This document shows, piece after piece, positions 39,791 to 50,249 of a stretch of 64,000 bases of DNA. The notes below the pieces were generated by a model. It made no database searches. It saw only the letters and a program-made list of their open reading frames with translations, and had not been told where the DNA came from. A program made the translations under genes and the position numbers. Every line of letters begins with the position of its first letter. Within the stretch, counting starts at the first letter, position 1. The DNA is from Octopus bimaculoides (taxonomy: Eukaryota), in contig NC_068983.1 in assembly GCF_001194135.2 (NCBI RefSeq), forward strand, positions 112,539,951-112,603,950. The letters are read 5' to 3'.

Positions 39791-40369
39791 CACCAACTGG
39801 CCTGGTTCTTTATTTTATTGGTGTTGAAAAGATGAAAGGCAAAATTCTCCTCTATTGAATTTAAATTCAGAGTGCAAAGAACCAGAACAAAACTATTTTG
39901 TTTTATGCTTATGACCCTGCCATCTTACTATGTACATTGTGTAACCTTTTACTATAGATATTGTACTGAGCTTGAGTGAAGAATAAAAGCCAAAAGAAAA
40001 TTAGTGCCTGTACTTATGTCCCATAACTTAACAGTGAAACAAACAGCAACTACTAAAGTAAGTATCAGTCTTAGAAATAAGAATTTGTTTAACATGATCA
40101 ACTAAAACTCTTTTAGGCATATTCACACTCCATTGACTGAATCAAATAGAGTAGTTATATATGTATAAATGTCTTTACATGAGTCTATATCATCATCCAT
40201 TCTATATCAAGAGAAAGAGAAGTTGCATTAAAAAATGAACCTTCAATATTTATTTCAAACTTTCTTTATCAGACCAAGAAGCAATTTTTTTACATTTACT
40301 TGTATAGACCTATAATCCTTTAGAATAGTCAATACACTACTGTTGCTGCATTAAAACTTATTCAATACT

Positions 40370-40556
40370 CTATTTGATATTCTCAATTAAAACTCTTGGG
40401 ACATCTCCACTCCTTGTTTCCAAAGATTTTTCATTAATTTTAATTGCATTGGTATTAACTGGAATTGTTTTCAAAACTACTTTTCTCCAATTTTCCATAA
40501 TCTGTTTCAATTCAGCAGATGCCCCTAGATTACGAATCCCCTTGGCATATACTTTG
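40370..40556 (-). CDS. Candidate terminal exon or decayed coding segment, ANF-like
   Basis: ORF 40370-40570. ELKQIMENWRKVVL resembles LL.HFNW.KVAII of ANF domains. Weak acceptor gtcataag|C (phase 2, matching the previous candidate); ends at TAG. Confidence 0.22.
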
Positions 40557-40737
40557 CTTATGACATACAAAAATATAATTCAATAAAACAATAGAACACA
40601 TTTTTACAAAAGTTAAATAACTTGGAAAATAATTGACTTCTAATGCTGGGATTTTCTGTCTCCTGCTAAATCTTTTACTTTACATATTTTATAACCTGCC
40701 TAGCATTTTAAAATTTAAAGCTTTATATTTATTTTAC

Positions 40738-40921
40738 CCATCGACACATATAAACATATATGTATATAAATGTATATGTGGAGTAAAGATAGCTGTAAAA
40801 TTAAGCTGCACTGCTGATTCCATAATTATAGGTTCAAATCCTTTTATTGTTGCAAGCAAAATTCCCACTTCTGCTTGCATCAATGTATCTAACTGAAAAA
40901 TGACATAGTCTACTCCTACTT
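40738..40921 (-). CDS. Candidate exon or decayed coding segment, resembling the start of an ANF domain
   Basis: ORF 40734-40946. Acceptor ttcaatgcag| (phase 1, compatible with the main exon) and donor GG|GTAAAA. EVGILL...ESAVQL resembles the ANF-domain opening V.VLLP...PAVELA. Splice sites are weak. Confidence 0.25.
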
Positions 40922-41233
40922 CTGCATTGAATAATGTGATTAGCATTAAAATGCAGTTAGTGCTAAGAAGGCAATCTCACTACAAAATATTTGCATAGTG
41001 TTCAAAATTGAAAAATAAAATGTAAGATGTGTTGCTTTACAATGAGAATGAAAATTTCATGGGTAAACGTTACACATTCCTATTCTTCATGACACATAAG
41101 TAAACTTTAATTTATTATATTTTCCTTTATTGAATTGGCCCTTGCCAATGCAAGTTGTGATTTGTTCAGCTTAAATGCCAATTGATTATCAATATTTAAA
41201 GAAATCTAAGAAAAATAAGCAAAGATTCCATAC

Positions 41234-41902
41234 CTGATTCTATACAGTTCTCCTTTGTTTTGAAACAAGGATCTGGGTAAATTTTTAATCCATTTGGCCA
41301 GAATATTGCTTGAATAACATTCAGTACCAGTTTATAGTTTGATCCATATGGGCTCAGTTGTAGAACAAGTTCAAACTCTTGTGATGATGGATTAAAATCG
41401 TATAATTTGTATTCAAAGTGTACTAGATTTTCTTTACCAAATAATATCCACCCAGCAGGAGATCGAAATGCTATCTGTTGTAGAGATTTTTTCAATGTCT
41501 CTGTGTTAGGACAAGAAGAACTGTTATTATTTGTGTAAAGCAACATCTGAAGCACATCCCTGATAATGGAAGTGTAATGTAAATTGTGTGTGTCTTGTTT
41601 ATTTTCTACAAAATACCTACTGACATTCAAGTCAACAACAGAGCTTGCATAGTTGGATGGAAGTTCTGAAAGGAACGAAACTTGTAAAACAAAAGTATAT
41701 TCAAGTATGTTGTGAATGGTTGCCATATGTTGTGGTTGACTTTTTGAAGTCTGGCGTGTTATTCTTTCCATATATTCTTGAACTGTCCGGTAAGGAGATG
41801 GATTGAACATGATTACTGCATGATGCTTCTCAATAATTCCAATATTTTGGTTCCGAAAAAGCAAATGATGAATGTCTTCTTCTCCCATACAGAGTAATAT
41901 TC
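41234..41902 (-). CDS. Internal coding exon (669 nt, phase 1-1): C-terminal half of an ANF-receptor / periplasmic-binding-protein type I ectodomain, NPR / receptor guanylyl cyclase-like
   Basis: Acceptor ttctctctttacttttag|GA at 41903 and donor TCAG|GTATGG at 41233 bracket a 223-codon open frame. The start ILLCMGEEDIHHLL resembles RIIVLC...VR.IM. The end FRSPAGWILFGKENLVHFEYKLYDFNPSSQEFELVL...IFWPNGLKIYPDPCFKTKENC resembles NPR1 FQGVTGYLKID...FSLWDMDPENGAFRVVL...LNWPLGYPPPDIPKC (recalled, by eye). It is by far the longest ORF not caused by gaps or repeats. Confidence 0.75.
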
Positions 41903-42338
41903 CTAAAAGTAAAGAGAGAAATCAAATAACAATTATTAAGTATCTTCAAAAACATTTTAATCAATAATTTAAAGTTTAAAATGTTACAATCTTTAAATGA
42001 ATCAAAAACTTATGTTAAGGAAATTATTAGCATGAAAATATTTAACTGAGGTAATTAGTATTACCCAATACTATTCAGTAGCTGTTTGGTGCATTTTTAA
42101 TTATATTCAAGTATAAAAGTTCATATAAGCCAATCTTGATATTCAATATAATATCCATTTATTTTTTGTAATGTGTCAACAAAATAAAATTTGTGATATA
42201 AATTTTCTGTGGAATGATGAATATAAAAAGATCTGAGAATTTCATAAAAACAATAAAATTATAAATGCAATCAAGTCAGGTATTTTTAATACCTTTTCAG
42301 GTTGTGTACACATCACTTACATATAAGGGATAGAGTAC

Positions 42339-42369
42339 CTGTTGTACATTTAAACAACTGAGCTTGTAT
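42339..42369 (-). CDS. Candidate 31-nt microexon upstream of the main exon (IQAQLFKCTTG)
   Basis: Acceptor catttttcag|ATA and donor CAG|GTACTC give phase 0 to 1, joining the main exon as G-ILLCM. An alternative GTAAGT donor at 42320 would create TGA at the junction. Confidence 0.2.
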
Positions 42370-44579
42370 CTGAAAAATGTTCAATAGAATGATAAGTAAA
42401 TTCATGCTTTCCAAAACTTTAACAGCATTAGGTCTCTGATATGTTGTATTCATTTATTGTCTTTAAATCTGCTTCAATACAATTCTTGTAATTTTGTACT
42501 ATGCATCTACAATCTAGTTAAAACTTAGTCTATGCTTGTGTTCCCTTTGCTATCATTATCATATTTCATACCTCCCTAAACTACTACTAAACATTTTTTT
42601 CAATTTATTCTCTCCACAAAACTACTGCCACCTGAAGTCTCCGCTCTACTCATGTGTCCCTTTTAGTTATTAACTTGAAGATGTTAAAGTTATATATCAG
42701 CTACACAGGCACCACCAGTCTGGAAACAGCTACACTGACCTTTAGTATTGATGTGATAACAGAGCCATAGTAAAGTTAATAAAGTTAAATTCTACATAGA
42801 CATTGAAACAATAATGACAAAGAGAAAAAAGAAGAGCACATATCTGTTCTGAGATTCTGTTAGACTGGAATAATAGGATTATTGCATGAGGTTAACCGGG
42901 TTAATATTTGGTATGAATTCTTGCTGATGAAGAATAAATAGGAAGGTGTTGGCATTATCAATTTTGGGGAGAAAGTGTTCGGTCAATACTGTCAACTCCA
43001 CTACTTGACTGTTAATTCTATTTCTTATCTGCCAGTAAAGGATGTAAGGTAAAAAGTAAAGCGCCAATTGAATATTGGGTTAAATGGTATTCACTAAGCC
43101 TCCTCAAAATTTCTAGCATTTTGCCTAAATTAAATACACTAACAGCTAAATCTGTAATAATAGTTTTATGTAGCAGCAATCATAAGTTTGTCTTCAGAAA
43201 ACTTAAGAGTTATTTTAATAAGTTAATGGAAATATTTCAGTTGACTAAATTTATTTCTAGTCGGTGTATTTTAAATTGTTAAAAATAAAGAAAATAGAAA
43301 GTGGTGGACATATATTGGTAACAACTTGATGCAAATTACAGTTCTATATTTAAGAGATGAGGAACTATGGACATTATTTACATTATTTACACAGGCATAT
43401 GGTATAGTGGTTAAGAGAACGGGCTAGTAACCCTAAGATTCTATGTGTATATATACACATGTTTACATGTGTACATATATGTATTTGCATGAATATATGT
43501 ATTGTATACATATGATTGTGTATGTTACTTCAAATTTCAATCCTACAGGCAATCTTCAGGTGACACCAATTGGTAGTAAGAGCTTTAATATAGTCAGGTG
43601 ATGTAAAAGTAATAAGATGACTCATCAAAGACTTCTGCTTGGCTCCAGCCAATTTATCAGTTGATTAAATTCTGGTAGTATTTCTGATGAATGCATTCAG
43701 TTGTAATTACCAATGCAATACTTGTTATCATGACAACCCTTACCAACACAACCTTTCTGTTTAAAATATCTGTTGTTCTAGTTAACATGTGGAATTTTAT
43801 TTTATTCACTGCAATGATTGCAGAAGATCTTCATGTATATTTGTTGCCATGGTGTATATTTGTTGCCATGATGTAAATCATGAGATTTTAAAATTAGTAT
43901 GTTGTATGACTAATATAGAGAGCATCATCACCACATATAACAGGGACTTCAAGTCACATAATAATCCAAAGAATCTAGAAATTCATTATATAGATAGTTA
44001 GCTGAATATTTCTGTCTACCTAGATAGCACGGGAAACAGCTATAAAATTTATGTAAAGCTGTATTATTGATCTACTATGCTAGTCAAAGGTGTTAACACC
44101 TTATTATATAGACTGGATTGTGTGAGAATGGCTTCAATTGATGCCATTACTTTAAATCATAAGCCAAAATTTAGTTGTGCAGAAGAAAGAAATAGCACAG
44201 CATAAAGACACACATGGCATTCAAAGGATCCCAGCATCAATAACTGTAATATCATTTAGTCTCTACTGCGTTTGGGTAACATGTACTTTCTTTGTGGCTT
44301 TTGTAAAGATGAGAAATACTTCATTTGCACCAAGACAACTGAACACAAAATCAGAATTAATTTCTAAATGTTGTCATGAAAATAATCCTTTATTCAAACT
44401 GCAACTAAACTCTTGAAGCAGATTAAACAAGTAACAAATGGGAAGTCAGCAACACATGAAAAACTGCAGATAATATTTATCAAACTAATATGAAGAAAGC
44501 TCAAGCACAGTAGCATTTTTATAAGAAAGGAGCTAAAATCCTATATACTAAAATCTTCAAGGTACTACTAACTACATTT

Positions 44580-44944
44580 GTGTTGTTGGCACTCCATCGC
44601 TTATGATGTCGAGGGTTCTAGTTGATCCGATCAATGGAACAGCCTGCTCGTGGAATTAATGTGCAAGTGGCAGAGCACTCCACAGACACGTGGGATATTC
44701 AGCATGACACAGTGTGACAAGGCTGACCCTTTGAATTACAGGTACAACAGAAACAGGAAGTAAGAGTGAGAGAAAGTTGTGGTGAAAGAGTACAGCAGGG
44801 TTTGCCACCATCCCCTGCCGGAGCCTCGTAGAGCTTTGGGTGTTTTCGTTCAATAAACGCTCACAACGCCCGGTCTGGGAATCGAAACCGCAATCCTATG
44901 ACCGCGAGTCCGCTGCCCTAACCACTGGGCCATTGCGCCTCCAC
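44580..44944 (-). mobile_element. tRNA-derived SINE family D with 13-bp TSD
   Basis: Head ggaggcgcaatggcccagtggttagggcagcggactcg...ggtttcgattccc has A and B boxes. TSD actaactacattt at 44567-44579 and 44945-44957; (CAA)n-like tail. Confidence 0.9.
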
Positions 44945-45134
44945 ACTAACTACATTTATACATACACATACACTCAATCACAAATGTATATATTGTTTTG
45001 TTGTTGCTGATGATGATGATGATTGTATACATAGAGAACAATTCATTAGATAAATATGATATATTGAAGACGGGACTGTGTTCAAGTTGAATAATTTTTT
45101 ATGAGCTATTTTTCACATTTGACTTTTAGTCACA

Positions 45135-45312
45135 TACAAGGGAGTCCTGAAAAGTTCCTGATTATAAAAGGTATTGGAAAATGCATGATTCTTTTACTGG
45201 ACTTAGAAAACTGAAGGACCACTGAAATAAGCGTGTGAAATAAAATCATAATTAACTGATCCTCCTGTTATCCCTTTTACCCATAGCCAATAACTTTTCA
45301 GCACCCCCTTAT
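45135..45312. mobile_element. Mariner-derived MITE
   Basis: tacaagggagtcctgaaaagtt ... aacttttcagcacccccttata, with TA flanks. Confidence 0.65.
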
Positions 45313-45355
45313 ATATGTGTGTGGATGTGTGGGCGTGTATACATATACATATATG

Positions 45356-45394
<39 letters not shown>

Positions 45395-45536
45395 GCAGAC
45401 AAACATATATATCTAAATACGAGTGAGTAGACAAACAAAAGAAGGGCACTCAACACATTTATTGGAAATTGCAGGTATAGATCAAAACAGTTTGATTCAA
45501 ACTCCTTGGTAGTCTGAATCAAACTGTTTTGATCTC

Positions 45537-45567
<31 letters not shown>

Positions 45568-45657
45568 NNNNNNNNNNNNNNNNNNNNNNNNNNNNNNNNN
45601 NNNNNNNNNNNNNNNNNNNNNNNNNNNNNNNNNNNNNNNNNNNNNNNNNNNNNNNNN
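45568..45657. other. Assembly gap
   Basis: Run of N. Confidence 1.
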
Positions 45658-45696
<39 letters not shown>

Positions 45697-46927
45697 ATAT
45701 GTATATTTGTATAGATAATGTGTGTGTGCATGTGTGTGAATCATTTCTTGCTTGGATATTGGCAAGAATGAATTTACCATTTATAAGATATCACATAATA
45801 TTATCCCATGACTACTTTTATGAATTTCATCAACAATAACATGGAAGATAATTGCCAATTAGATGTTTCAAGTGGTTCATGAATTAAGTATATGCCACTA
45901 TTTTTCTTTTGATGTATTGATTCTAAAATAAGCATATGAACAGATCTACTAATAAGTACATTCTGTATTATTAATTCCAAATATAAATATGGATTTACAT
46001 GATATCTATGAAAAGTATGCATGGTCTTGTCTACACTAAATCTGGATGATACCCAAGTAGAGAGAAATCACATCAGTTGTCAAACCTATGCGATTTCTAT
46101 ACAAATTCAATCTTTAAAATTATTCTTGATCAACACAAAATAGATATTTTTATATCTTCTAATACTTTTATATTAATTTTTTCATCTTTTTATTTTTGAA
46201 TAGATAAAAGTAGTCAACTTATACATAAAATGCTCAGTGATGTAAGAAATTGATTTACAGTTCATTTGTTATATGAGTTCATTTATTATATAAGATGAGA
46301 GGATCATTCAACAAGAGCCATCTCTTGACTAAGAAAGTTGGCAGACTTTAGCATTTATCTAACCCCAAGGCCAATTTCATGTCACTGAATGATCTATTTA
46401 TGGAATATTTATGGGTTTTAACAAAACTCCATTTTATCTAATATCTCTGCAAGGAGATATTCTTCATTCTTTAAATACCAAGATATATCCTGTAAAAATG
46501 ACAAAATATTCGCCGCAAGAAATATATAAGCAAAGACTAGAGCAACGTAATAATAACTAAAACCCATATTAGATTTCTACTCATAGGTATAAGCATAAAA
46601 GTGTGATTAAGGAATTTGGTTCACAACTATATGGTTTCAAGTTCAGTTCTAATGTGTGCCAGTCTGGGCCAGTGACTTATACTATAGTTCTGGCCCAATC
46701 AAAGCCTTGTGAGGGAATTTGGTAGACAGAAACATGGCAGCTGCCTGTCCAGTAGTGGAACTGTGAGCCTTTTAGTTATAATGTATTAAGGAATATTCAA
46801 CATTAACCTATTGAGTTCTGTAATTTATTGGTAATTTGATGTATGTAATTTGATGTATGTATGTATGTATGTATGTATGCATGTATGTATATATATATAT
46901 GTATGTATATGTATGTATAGATCGGAA

Positions 46928-46937
46928 NNNNNNNNNN
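46928..46937. other. Assembly gap
   Basis: Run of N. Confidence 1.
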
Positions 46938-46973
<36 letters not shown>

Positions 46974-46976
<3 letters not shown>

Positions 46977-47567
46977 CAAAATAAGCAGCAGAATAGCAAG
47001 TCATGATGTTGTACAACTGTTTCAAGCGGCTCCATTTAATTGAACAATGCAGTCATTACATGAATTTAAATTCAGTGCCATCATCAGCTGCACAAATAAA
47101 TAAAAAGAATTTTAGACAGTTGGATACATTAATATAATTTTTCTCAAATACTTTAACAGAGCAATAAGATGGATGAAATTCAAGTTGTTGCTATCATAGC
47201 TAAGAATAGACTACACTTCCAAGAATCACATGAAACCCATTGGGGTCATAGCTTGTAAAGGATTGTGATTCATTTCTAATTCGTTTATCTTTTTATCAAC
47301 TACTAGTTTATGTGATTCTTGGAAGTGTAGCCTATTCTCAGCTACAATAGCGACAACATGAATTTCTTCTATCTTCTTGCTCTGTTAAAGTATTTGAGAA
47401 AAATTATATTAATGTATCCAACTGTCTAAAATTCTTTTTATTTATTTGTGCAGCTGATGATGGCACTGCATTTAAATTGATGTAATGATTGCATTATTCA
47501 ATTAAATGGAGCCACTTAAAACGGTCGTACTGTATCACTACTCAATATCTTGTTGCTTATTTTGATT
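46974..47567. mobile_element. Near-palindromic ~600-bp foldback/MITE element
   Basis: 46974-47237 is the reverse complement of about 47308-47567, nearly perfect in the central part (e.g. catcatcagctgcacaaataaataaaaagaattttagacagttggatacattaatataatttttctcaaatactttaacagagc). The left flank is (TA)n. Confidence 0.85.
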
Positions 47568-48426
47568 TTGTTCACCTTACTTTGACCTATGCGGATAATA
47601 CCAGACTAGATTATTTTTTCTTACAATTCCTGTCTGTCTCTTCTCTTGTTACTACAACAGCATTTTCTCTTCTGACCTAACAATCTGAATGTATTCCTGT
47701 CATACTTCCCTCTTTTTGTCACTTACACTTATTCCAGATTCAAGATTTTACTTTCCTTTCCAAGACTGCATACCCCTAAAATTCTCTTTCTACTAATGAT
47801 TTTTCTGAAAATTTGACTTATAAGAGTTCAAGGCGAATATCAACTATATTAATCTAACTAATGTGGGAAGACATGGATAATGCTCTTGTTCATATAAGTT
47901 ATAAAGAAATATAACAAAAATAAAAATTTCTTCATTTCATTAATTGACTAGAAACAAATAAGCAGTCAAAAACAAGACTGTAGAATTCATGTTATGTGAC
48001 TCAATGACAAACATAGTTGATTCATCATTAACATGGTTCCAATATAAGCATTAATGTAGTAGATAAACATCATTAATATTGATTTCAAATTTTGTCACTG
48101 GGTCAGTGGTTTAGGGAAAAGAGCCAAGTCAATTGAATTGACCCCAGTACTCAACTGATACTTTATTTTGCCAAATCCTAAAGAAGGAAAAGCAAAGTTG
48201 ACAGAATTAGATTCCTCGACAGAATTAGATTCAAATTTTGGCTCAAGGCCAGTAATTTGGGGGCAGTAGGTAAGTCAGTTACATAGACCCTAATGCTCAA
48301 CTGGTACTTCTTTTATCTACACCAGCATAAAAAGCAAAGTCAACCTTGGCAGAATTTGAACTCAGAAAGTGAAGATGGAGATTGTAGAAATTGAACATTA
48401 ACTGCATTGATCTTACTGGTCTCACT

Positions 48427-48815
48427 TGTTGTTGTTGGCACTCCATCGCTTACGACGTCGAGGGTTCCAGTTGATCCGATCAACGGAACAGCCTGCTCGT
48501 GAAATTAGCGTGCAAGTGGCTGAGCACTCCACAGACACGTGTACCCTTAACGTAGTTCTCGGGGATATTCAGCATGACACAGTGTGACAAGGCTGACCCT
48601 TTGAATTACAGGCACAACAGAAACAGGAAGTAAGAGTGAGAGAAAGTTGTGGTGAAAGAGTACAACAGGGTTCACCATCACCCCTTGCCAGAGCCTCATG
48701 GAGCTTTAGGTGTTTTCGCTCAATAAACACTAACAACGCCCGGTCTGGGAATCGAAACCGCAATCCTATGACTACGAGTCCGCTGCCCTAACCACTGGGC
48801 CATTGCGCCTCCACC
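48427..48815 (-). mobile_element. tRNA-derived SINE family D with 12-bp TSD
   Basis: Same family as 44580-44944. TSD actggtctcact at 48415-48426 and 48816-48827. It retains an internal segment (gtacccttaacgtagttctcgg) missing from the other copy. Confidence 0.9.
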
Positions 48816-49092
48816 ACTGGTCTCACTACAACTACAATAACTATGAATATACTTGTTTTTGAAAAATATCCTCTTCCTCTAAATAAACAAAGGTGAAACA
48901 ACTACTTCAATATAGTTCTCAAATAATAAAAGTTTTCACTAACAAATAATACTTCATAATCACTAAATAGTTTGTTGATTTTATCATGCATAGGAATATT
49001 GTATTACATGTCAGATAGAAACTCTGGCAAACAGCTTTCACAACTAACTACATAATTGAAGAAAACAAACTCTGAGAATTAAACTAACATAC

Positions 49093-49155
49093 CATGAACA
49101 AGATCAGTATTGCGTGAACTAAAGTAGATAGAGGGAACATATTAGTGGTTAATAT
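49093..49155 (-). CDS. Candidate 63-nt exon (ILTTNMFPLSTLVHAILILFM)
   Basis: Acceptor aattttcatag| and donor ATG|GTATGT; only phase 0 is open. The peptide resembles the ANF segment RT.P...L..AI..LL..F.W. Confidence 0.3.
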
Positions 49156-49744
49156 CTATGAAAATTATTCAGTAAGCCTTGAAACCAAGTATAATACCAT
49201 GCAATATCAATGGTGTTTTACACTGGCCATCAGAGTAATTTATAAGTTTATATGACTCAAGAGTGTTCAGTACAGTTTAATTATCGAAAGATAATTCCCA
49301 GTACTTGGGTAATGTTAAACCAAGGTTACAGCTGCATAAAATTTATGACTTTAAACTGGTGCAATTTGTGTCTTTTTATTATAGTTTTAAATCTGCCTTT
49401 TCCTGATATTATAGATTATATATTTTTTACTATATTTTAACACTATGCTAGTATTTTGTATTTTAGCATTTTAGTTGCGAGACATAATCTGGTAATATAT
49501 TTAAAAAAATCAGAATGAAATAAATGTCATCATTAAAAAAAGAAAATAAAAGAAAATGTGTTTAAAATTTATTGAAAAATATTGTCAATACAGTGGTGGA
49601 CAAAATACCTGGTGATATGTGATTCTGTTCTTTGTATTCTCAGCTGAAATCTCACCTTTCATTCTCCTGATGTTGATATAATCAACTGTTTTTCTCAACA
49701 CAAATCTTATGTGTTTGTGCCCATGCTAGAACCAGTCATTATTA

Positions 49745-49950
49745 TTGCTAAGATGGTGAACTGGCAGAATTGGTGGTGCATAGGACAAAATGCTCAGTGG
49801 TATTTCGTCCATCTTTATATTCTGAGTTTAAATTCTGCCAACACTGGCTTTGCCTTTTATATTTTCAGGGCTCACAAATTAAGTGCCAGTTGAGTATTGG
49901 GGTCAGTGACTAGCCCCCTCTCACAAAATTTCAGGTTTTGTGCTTATGTT
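49745..49950 (+). mobile_element. SINE family C copy
   Basis: gatggtgaactggcagaattgg...ctgagtttaaattctgcc...ctttgcctttt. Confidence 0.7.
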
Positions 49951-49954
49951 GTTG

Positions 49955-49998
<44 letters not shown>

Positions 49999-50249
49999 TG
50001 TCTCCTTCAATTTTGTTTCCATTTCTTCCTAACACCTAGGGCAAAGAAGCTCACTGTATACATTGGTAGGCAATTAAAATAAACACCCCAGATTGCTCAT
50101 TTACAAAGTCACGTGACAGAGAAAAGGGAAAAAAAGAAAGAAGAAAAAAATTTTTTTAATGAAAAAAAGAAAACAAAGAAAAGAAAGGGGATTATTATCA
50201 TCATCATCATCATCATCATCATCATAATCATTATTATTATTATCGCTAT

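Noticed and set aside
40180-40380. Kinase-homology-like fragments (SSVLTILKD; EGSF..SLSLDIEW)
   Set aside because: They lie in different frames with multiple stops and no splice sites; likely chance.
40780-40900. P-type ATPase hinge similarity (LMQAEVGILL versus ALAQADVGIAM)
   Set aside because: The GDG.ND motif is absent and no other ATPase motif is nearby; too short to support.
42879-43067. Protein-like ORF (IRNRINSQVVELTVL...) as an exon
   Set aside because: Acceptor-like site present but no credible donor before the stop and no family motif.
44860-44944. tRNA gene (also about 48730-48815)
   Set aside because: The tRNA-like head continues into a SINE body and is flanked by TSDs; the acceptor stem does not close convincingly.
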